A stretch of DNA of 46,239 bases from a virus (Duplodnaviria > Caudoviricetes), in the IMG/VR virus record IMGVR_UViG_3300014656_000008, positions 1 to 46,239 of that record. One strand, written 5' to 3'. Position 1 is the first letter of the stretch, and each line of letters opens with the position of its first letter. Made by a program: the position numbers and the translations under genes. Below are positions 27,417 through 33,456 of the stretch, piece after piece. Under the pieces are notes generated by a model. The model worked only from the letters and a program-made list of their open reading frames with translations, ran no database searches and was not told where the DNA came from.

Positions 27417-27529
27417 TGTCAAAGAACGCAAGTCTTGCGGGGTGCGGCAGGCGTTTTGACCCAGGAAACGGGGGCTGTGATGCGCGCACAACCCTCTTTT
27501 GTGGTCGGATGCTCTGCCGCACCCCTTGT

Positions 27530-27814
27530 CTACCGGCTGTGAATCCGAAGGTGATACCACAACCGCTTCGCCGTCCGCTCATCGGGGTGCTCCTGTATCA
27601 CCTCAAACAGGTTCCCCAACACCGCCTTAGCGCCACCCTCAGACAGGTTCTCTACTAGCGTCTTGTAGATGTTGGCGGCGAAGTCGTGCTCCACCCAACG
27701 GCGGTGCCTCCAACCGTCGGCGGCTCTGGCGTTGTCCACGCCACACGTGCAGCGGAAGGACTCGAAACCGCAGTCCAGGCAGGTGCCCGTGTCAGTTGAT
27801 ATGGCCGAGTTCAT
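27530..27814 (-). CDS. Small Cys-containing hypothetical protein
   Basis: CxxC...CxC; in the operon. Confidence 0.5.
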   Translation of the reverse strand: MNSAISTDTGTCLDCGFESFRCTCGVDNARAADGWRHRRWVEHDFAANIYKTLVENLSEGGAKAVLGNLFEVIQEHPDERTAKRLWYHLRIHSR

Positions 27815-28031
27815 CCTTGATGATCTCCACGAGACAGGTAGGACAGATGGGTGCGTCGAAGCACGATATCATCAGGTTATACTGATAGATATCAGTCTCG
27901 CAGTTGGTCTTGAGCAGGCGATAAATCAGGTAGGGATCGCTCTTCGTGGTGCTGGATTGTAGCCGTATCTTCGGGTTGCCTACCGGCACGTTCACCTTGC
28001 AGCAGCGGTCACAGCGCGCTATGAAGCCCAT
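27792..28031 (-). CDS. Small Zn-finger-like protein
   Basis: CDRC...ICPTC; GAGGAG RBS. Confidence 0.6.
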   Translation of the reverse strand: MGFIARCDRCCKVNVPVGNPKIRLQSSTTKSDPYLIYRLLKTNCETDIYQYNLMISCFDAPICPTCLVEIIKDELGHIN

Positions 28032-28053
28032 CTCTCTCCTCTCTTCGGATTGT

Positions 28054-28212
28054 GGGTGCCGCCGAGATCCCGCGAGCGCTCTGCCCTTCGGATACTCCCC
28101 CGTTCGTCCGGCATCGCAACCCGCTCCGGTTCCCCAACCGTAGCGGGACTACGCGATCTGCCGGGTCTGACCTGTCCGAAGTGCATCATTCGGCAGTCCC
28201 CCAGCGGCACCC
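28054..28212 (-). ncRNA. Candidate ~160-nt structured RNA directly after the HTH gene
   Basis: 13-bp closing stem gggtgccgctggg/ctcggcggcaccc enclosing two hairpins; G-U pairs favour the minus strand. Confidence 0.6.
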
Positions 28213-28424
28213 TATTTCTCTTCGTCCTCAAAGTCGCCCATACCGTGGACTTGGCCGGGCGTGAATCCCAAGATGTCGGCCCACCGCTCCAGCGTCCTGG
28301 TATGCACCGACTCCTGCTTCTCCATCTGGTGGACGGCGCTGGTGGTACACTTGAGCTTCTTCGCCATCTGTGCGACGGTGAGTCCCTTTAGGGTTCGCGC
28401 TGCCCTCAATTTGCGTCCGATCAT
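28212..28424 (-). CDS. XRE/Cro-family HTH regulator
   Basis: IGRKLRAARTLKGLTVAQMAKKL...AVHQME. Confidence 0.9.
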   Translation of the reverse strand: MIGRKLRAARTLKGLTVAQMAKKLKCTTSAVHQMEKQESVHTRTLERWADILGFTPGQVHGMGDFEDEEK

Positions 28425-28446
28425 TGCTGTGTCTCCTTTCGAGGGT

Positions 28447-28578
28447 AATTTAAGCCTTAGTCTTTGCTATGTCAAGACAAATCTTTGCTATCGGGAGAAA
28501 AAAGTAGGGTGCCAACATCCCCCATGCGCAAGTCTTGCGTATTTGCCCCTTGACAAATCAGGCACCTGCGGTTAAATT
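28447..28578. promoter_or_regulatory. Divergent sigma-70 promoters with candidate operators
   Basis: Leftward TTGACA-17-TAAATT (28475-28447); rightward TTGACA-17-TAAATT (28550-28578); TCTTTGCTAT direct repeats at 28461 and 28482; palindrome at 28526. Confidence 0.8.
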
Positions 28579-28694
28579 ACCGGCGAGAGAGAATCAGGGC
28601 AGACATCGCATATTGGCCTCATACGCCTCTTGGGTCGCAGGACCATCCTCTGGTTCTCTCTCAACTCAAGGGGCGTTTTCTATTGGGTGATCCG

Positions 28695-29234
28695 ATGCGC
28701 AGGAGACGACTATCCAAGAAGGCATTGCAGAGAAAGACAAGAAGAGAAAGACGGATAGCGGAGAACTACCAAGAGCCGGAACTTGCTAGGGAGATGAAGA
28801 ACTACGAAAAGGCTCTCCTATTTCATGCAAAACGAGGGGACGCAAAGGCCATAGAGAGGCTTGCTAAAGCGCCGTTCTTCATTAAGCTTATATCTGTTGA
28901 TTCGTTGATGAAGGATAAGGTAACTTCTAGGCGCAAAAATCCTATTGTATCTGAAGGTGGATATACGTATGAGACCTACGAGGAATATATTAACTCAAGT
29001 GAATGGAGGGCAAAAAAAGCTGTTGTTATAGCTACAGTAGGCGGACTCTGCCAGGTATGTAACGCTGCTCCAAAGGGTAAGCTGTTTCTTGAGGCACATC
29101 ATAGAACATACGCCAGAATAGGGCGCGAAAAGGAGTATGATTTGACAGTTTTATGCACTAAATGTCACAAGGCATTCCACAGAAGAGGACATCTTGTATA
29201 CGTGAAGGAAGACAGTGAATTGGCAACACCGTAG
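28695..29234 (+). CDS. HNH endonuclease (AT-rich, own promoter and leader)
   Basis: YEEYINSSEW...CQVC...LEAHHRTY...DLTVLCTKCH. Confidence 0.85.
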   Translation: MRRRRLSKKALQRKTRRERRIAENYQEPELAREMKNYEKALLFHAKRGDAKAIERLAKAPFFIKLISVDSLMKDKVTSRRKNPIVSEGGYTYETYEEYINSSEWRAKKAVVIATVGGLCQVCNAAPKGKLFLEAHHRTYARIGREKEYDLTVLCTKCHKAFHRRGHLVYVKEDSELATP

Positions 29235-29250
29235 ACCACGGCCTAGAGTC

Positions 29251-30030
29251 TCAGGGGGTGCTTCTCGATGGGTCTGCCCACGGCAAGGCTAGCCTTCCAA
29301 GAACGGGAGGAGTGCCGACGTGCCCCGCAAAACGGTCGGTGTCGCACCACACTTCGAAGCCCTTCCTCCAAGCGCGGTAACAGTAATAGAGGTCTTCAGT
29401 ACCCGTCTTGGGCATCACAAAATAGGGCTTGCCCAACAAATGCTCCTCGTGGAACGACGCCTTGTCATCGAGATCGACATACCGTGGCATATCGGGATCG
29501 GGAATCCCCTTCTCGGTGAAGACTCTCCTCTTGATAAGCATGCAGTGTGTCCCGATGCCTTCTACCTGTATCATCCCCTGATCCATCTCGGCATCGCGCA
29601 GGTTTCTGAGATTGTCCTGGTTCCAGCCGTGGAATTCATCCTTCCACACCTTGACGCAGATTTCCCACGGCTCCTCGGGAGACCCCGTAGGAAAGCGCCC
29701 TACATACGGCAGGCCGATGATGTCCTTGTCCCATACCAGCATCCGCTCCAGGAAGTCCTGGGGGCATACCGCGTCGTCGTCCAGCATCAGCAGATGGCTG
29801 TAGCTGCCCGCCAGAAAGTGCTCCACGAACTCGGTGCGCACGAACTGAATGAACAGCCGCTTGCCGGGGATGATGTCATACGGGATCTTCCGTGCGTCCC
29901 ACCTCCTGAACAGGTTGGTGTGGTTCCACCGTACCTTATCATTCACTACCGCCGTATAATTCGGCATCCCTACGAGGATTTTGAGGGTAGCTTCTTGGCG
30001 ATCTTCGCTTCCGTTCCCCACGTTCTGCAC
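29251..30030 (-). CDS. Glycosyltransferase, GT-A fold (GT2-like)
   Basis: ILVGMP start, HLLMLDDD motif, GTHCMLIKRRVF, EDLYYC...GFEVWCD...GH; start uncertain. Confidence 0.85.
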   Translation of the reverse strand: MQNVGNGSEDRQEATLKILVGMPNYTAVVNDKVRWNHTNLFRRWDARKIPYDIIPGKRLFIQFVRTEFVEHFLAGSYSHLLMLDDDAVCPQDFLERMLVWDKDIIGLPYVGRFPTGSPEEPWEICVKVWKDEFHGWNQDNLRNLRDAEMDQGMIQVEGIGTHCMLIKRRVFTEKGIPDPDMPRYVDLDDKASFHEEHLLGKPYFVMPKTGTEDLYYCYRAWRKGFEVWCDTDRFAGHVGTPPVLGRLALPWADPSRSTP

Positions 30031-30503
30031 GGGAATACCACCTTTCCCATAGGATAGTTTCTGCCTACCTTCTCGGGATGCCTCTTGATCCGGTCCTTGT
30101 AACTGCCCCCACGGATGGGACTGCGCTTCCTTCGCCCTTCCGGCATGGGTTCGGGAAACTTCTTGCCCCAGTACTGCTTTCTGTACTCACTCGGGGAGAT
30201 GCCGTGCCACGCCTTGAACATCTTGTGCAGATGCCCCTTACCGTCCCACAGGCCGATGCGCCAGGCGATCTGATTCATCGTAAGCCTATGATCCCGCAAG
30301 AGTTGACGCGCTGCTTCCATACGCTTCTTCGTTACCAGAGTACACCACGATTGGCCGATGTGGATGTGGCAAGTGTACTCTATTGCGCTCTTGGGCCACC
30401 CCTCTGCGGAAGTGAGCTCTCCCGGTTTCAAATTCCGTCGGTAGTTGGCATTGATAAACGCCAATATTCGCCGCGCCCGCTCCATTTGGTCTATTTTTGC
30501 CAT
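29970..30503 (-). CDS. AraC-family HTH protein (DNA-binding domain only)
   Basis: ILAFINANY...RMEAARQLL...IAWRIG...FKAWHGISPSEYR. Confidence 0.85.
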   Translation of the reverse strand: MAKIDQMERARRILAFINANYRRNLKPGELTSAEGWPKSAIEYTCHIHIGQSWCTLVTKKRMEAARQLLRDHRLTMNQIAWRIGLWDGKGHLHKMFKAWHGISPSEYRKQYWGKKFPEPMPEGRRKRSPIRGGSYKDRIKRHPEKVGRNYPMGKVVFPCRTWGTEAKIAKKLPSKSS

Positions 30504-30510
30504 CGCGGGA

Positions 30511-30576
30511 AATATAGATATGAATATGCACTATGTCAACGATTCTCTTGACATCTGCGGGCGCTGGTTCTATATT
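30511..30576. promoter_or_regulatory. Back-to-back sigma-70 promoters (araC-like gene leftward, groES operon rightward)
   Basis: TTGACA-17-TATATT on both strands; the -35 boxes are 8 bp apart. Confidence 0.8.
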
Positions 30577-30615
30577 TCCCATTGAGGTCTACAAACCCTA
30601 AACTTGGAGGTCGCT

Positions 30616-30954
30616 ATGCCGAAAGTAAAGGGAACACCGCTGGGAAGCCATCTGCTCGTACTGCCGGATGTTGAGGAGGAAGGTATCATTATCAAGCCCA
30701 GCACCGCCATCAAGGACCGCCCCCAGCTCGGGACGGTACTCGCCGCAGGTCCCGGCAAGGTCCAAATGATGATGGTCAACGGCGAACCCAGGGAGGTCCA
30801 CCTTCCTATGGGGACAAAGATCGGCGACCGCATTCTCTTCGGGCGCTATACGGGTATCGAGATGAAGCTGTCGGGGCAGGATGTCATCGTGATGAGTGAC
30901 GAAGACGTGATCATGGTCGTGGACGCCGACGCGGAGGCGGAGCTGTTCGAGTGA
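30616..30954 (+). CDS. groES: Co-chaperonin GroES
   Basis: PLGSHLLV...GIII...GTVLAAGPG...KIGDRILFGRYTGIE...MSDEDVI. Confidence 0.9.
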   Translation: MPKVKGTPLGSHLLVLPDVEEEGIIIKPSTAIKDRPQLGTVLAAGPGKVQMMMVNGEPREVHLPMGTKIGDRILFGRYTGIEMKLSGQDVIVMSDEDVIMVVDADAEAELFE

Positions 30955-31346
30955 ACATCCACACCGTCACAGTCACCAAAACCTCTCAGGTGAGGCAAGG
31001 CGATGTCTACCGCATCTCGGGCACCAGCAACGGACTACCGCTACCCCCACAACTGTTTCGAGTCGAAACGCCGATCCTACGCTCCTGTACGGTGGGGAGA
31101 CCATACGTCCGTGGGGCCTTCGCCTATAATCTCGGTGTCGGACGCTTCTGTTCCCGCAATGCTGTGCTATGGCTCGACAGCGTGGGCGTCTACGATACCG
31201 GCTACGGCACGGATCTAAGCTGGTGGTATGCGATGATAGGCCAGCAGGACCACGACCGACACCTGGAAAGGGTCGTGGATGACCCCAAGGGGCAGTTCTA
31301 CCAACTGCTGCGGAACCTGAACTACCAGGAGATCCTGACGGCATGA
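30951..31346 (+). CDS. Hypothetical protein
   Basis: GTGA overlap with groES. Confidence 0.55.
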   Translation: MNIHTVTVTKTSQVRQGDVYRISGTSNGLPLPPQLFRVETPILRSCTVGRPYVRGAFAYNLGVGRFCSRNAVLWLDSVGVYDTGYGTDLSWWYAMIGQQDHDRHLERVVDDPKGQFYQLLRNLNYQEILTA

Positions 31347-31504
31347 TCAATTGGAAATGGGATAAAATTAAAAGAACGCGCCCGATGGATAAAGATAATC
31401 GTCCTGTTTACGAACGTTTCGGGATGACGAAAGAGAAATTTCTTGCTCTCAACGAGTGGATGTTGAGTCTTCCAAAAAGGCGACGAATGGAAAGACCCCA
31501 ATGA
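31343..31504 (+). CDS. Small basic hypothetical protein (53 aa, not in the ORF track)
   Basis: MINWKWDKIKRTRPMDK...MERPQ; ATGA overlaps on both sides. Confidence 0.5.
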   Translation: MINWKWDKIKRTRPMDKDNRPVYERFGMTKEKFLALNEWMLSLPKRRRMERPQ

Positions 31505-32076
31505 ACCTGCTCCCTGAAAAGCCCCTGCTGTGGATCGGCTGGGACCTGGGAATACGCCGCGATACCACGGGCCTCATAGCCGTCTACCGGGAGCCGAAGT
31601 TCAACTGCTATTGCTACTGGGGCCACGTATGCCTTCGGCCCCCGGTAAGGGTCCGCGATGCCACGAATATCATCCGCCACTGGCTCCGGACGGAGCGCGT
31701 AGGCGGAGTTTTTTTTGACCGCTGGCAGTTGATGGGCGAGGCGCAGAGACTTGCAGAGGAAGGCTATGGCGATATGCTGATCGAGGTGGATCAGTCCACG
31801 CAGTCCTCGGCGTTCAGCAACAACCTGAAGGCTATGCTGGATGAAGGGGAAATCATCCCCTATGAGAACGAAGAGGTGCGCAACCACCTGAAATGGACGA
31901 ACATCATGGTGGGAGAAAGAGGCTGGCGCATCGTCAAGCAACGGCAGTCCCGGCACATCGACCTTACCGTGGCACTGGCTATGGCGCTGTGGGGAGCTGT
32001 TCAGGATACGTCGCATCTGACGCATACGGCATACCGGGAGCGCACCCACGTCCGCAGTATCGTGCAGGTAGCGTGA
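31501..32076 (+). CDS. terL: Terminase large subunit, RNase H-like nuclease domain only
   Basis: WIGWDLGIRRDTTG, VFFDRWQ and HIDLTVALAMA motifs; ATG 31501 is coupled to the upstream stop. Confidence 0.85.
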   Translation: MNLLPEKPLLWIGWDLGIRRDTTGLIAVYREPKFNCYCYWGHVCLRPPVRVRDATNIIRHWLRTERVGGVFFDRWQLMGEAQRLAEEGYGDMLIEVDQSTQSSAFSNNLKAMLDEGEIIPYENEEVRNHLKWTNIMVGERGWRIVKQRQSRHIDLTVALAMALWGAVQDTSHLTHTAYRERTHVRSIVQVA

Positions 32077-32867
32077 TGGCAGATTCCAAGCACCGGATAA
32101 CGCGCCGCGCCGGGGGGCTGATAGAAGTCATCTATGACATCCAGGCGGAAGACAAGCTTGGTTTCGCCATCCAATTCTCACGCACTGTGCTGGGTGTCGC
32201 CTTCACCGAAACCGCCAAAGCCAACATCCCCGCGCATTCCTATTGCTGCGTGGTTGGGGAGCAGTGCCGCTATCCGAGATCCAGAGAGGTGCCGCAGAAG
32301 CCACCCGAGAGGATCTATATGGTGCTGGACGAAGCGGACTGCGGCAGGCTCTACGACCTGCTGGTAACGCTGATAACGCTCAAGGACCAGTATCTCGCCG
32401 AGCGCTGCTGGGTGCCGATGAAGCCGGAGTCTGTATCCGAAGTCGTTGCCAGGCAGGAGGGGTTCAGCCGCTACAACAAGGACCGGGTGCCCCAGGAATG
32501 TAGGAAGCTATGGCCGTCGTTCGTGGATCTGGATACCGTAGCCGTGGTAGACAAGATAGACCTCCCCGCTCCAGAGGCTATGCACAGCGATCTGGAGGTG
32601 CTGCTGGACACCTACGCCAAAAACCCGAATACAGGGCAGCCGCTTCTTGACGGCGAGGCAAGGCCTATCCCCAGGCTGCTGATAATCGAGGAGGGCAATA
32701 ACGAGCGCGCGCAGCGTGCCATCCAGCGTGGGGCGTCGGAGACCTATGCGGCGTCGGCGCTGTGGCTTGCGCTGATGGGTCTGGAGAAGACAAGACCTAG
32801 GACGTTCCGCCAGCAGTTGCAGCAGGATGACTTTGTGCCACAGGGCAGTAAATACACGGGGTACTGA
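32076..32867 (+). CDS. Hypothetical protein, possibly a degenerate terminase-nuclease paralogue
   Basis: VLGVAF...CCVVGE...IYMVLDE...AASALWLAL follows the motif order of the RNase H-like fold, without the catalytic Asp residues. Confidence 0.45.
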   Translation: MADSKHRITRRAGGLIEVIYDIQAEDKLGFAIQFSRTVLGVAFTETAKANIPAHSYCCVVGEQCRYPRSREVPQKPPERIYMVLDEADCGRLYDLLVTLITLKDQYLAERCWVPMKPESVSEVVARQEGFSRYNKDRVPQECRKLWPSFVDLDTVAVVDKIDLPAPEAMHSDLEVLLDTYAKNPNTGQPLLDGEARPIPRLLIIEEGNNERAQRAIQRGASETYAASALWLALMGLEKTRPRTFRQQLQQDDFVPQGSKYTGY

Positions 32868-33178
32868 TGACCCTCGTTGATCTCTGCGATGCTCTGGACT
32901 GGAGCAAGCACCGGAAGCTGCACGGCGAACACGCCGAAAAGGGCAAGGAGAAGCTGGGCGAGGACTACGACGCCTTCGAGGACACCGGGAACTTCCGGTG
33001 CTGGCTTCTGCAGCAGGCCTTACGTGGTGTTGTTGACTGTGGGGCAAATGACCCGGACCCGGAGCGGGATGCCGCCCGCTTGATACTGGGTCATAACATT
33101 TGGCAGCAGGTTGTCAACATACTGGAAAAACAAGGACTTATCAAGATTGAAACCGCAGTTGGAAAACTGAAGAAATAA
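32867..33178 (+). CDS. Hypothetical protein
   Basis: TGATG coupling; 103 aa. Confidence 0.6.
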   Translation: MTLVDLCDALDWSKHRKLHGEHAEKGKEKLGEDYDAFEDTGNFRCWLLQQALRGVVDCGANDPDPERDAARLILGHNIWQQVVNILEKQGLIKIETAVGKLKK

Positions 33179-33185
33179 CCTATCC

Positions 33186-33215
33186 TTGACAACAACTGCT
33201 TGTATAGTCTATATT
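33186..33215 (+). promoter_or_regulatory. Promoter upstream of the portal operon
   Basis: TTGACA-18-TATATT. Confidence 0.6.
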
Positions 33216-33218
33216 TGA

Positions 33219-33374
33219 ATGGATTTGAGACAATACCGGCACAAGCAGTGTCTCACTCGGGATGAGGCGGCGAAACTGTGGCGCTATCATGATCACGTGC
33301 GCCAGCAGATGACGCGGCAGTTGATAGTGATAGAAGCGATACTCAAGAAACCCAGCAACGACAACGGCCAGTGA
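33219..33374 (+). CDS. Small, possibly leaderless ORF (51 aa, not in the ORF track)
   Basis: MDLRQYRHKQCLTRDEAAKLW...; ATG lies just after the -10 box. Confidence 0.4.
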   Translation: MDLRQYRHKQCLTRDEAAKLWRYHDHVRQQMTRQLIVIEAILKKPSNDNGQ

Positions 33375-33419
33375 CGTAGAGGCCACACCTACCTTCGGGC
33401 TGGTGCGAGGCGCGTAATG

Positions 33420-33454
33420 GCCCTCATGGGGATAGTTCCCCGTGGGGGCTTTTT
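33420..33454 (+). terminator. Terminator-like hairpin immediately before the portal start codon
   Basis: 13-bp stem gccctcatgggga/tccccgtgggggc plus TTTTT; ATG 2 nt later. Confidence 0.6.
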
Positions 33455-33456
33455 GC

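Noticed and set aside
30616-30954. GroES without GroEL as a novelty
   Set aside because: Stand-alone co-chaperonins are well known in phages (for example T4 gp31).
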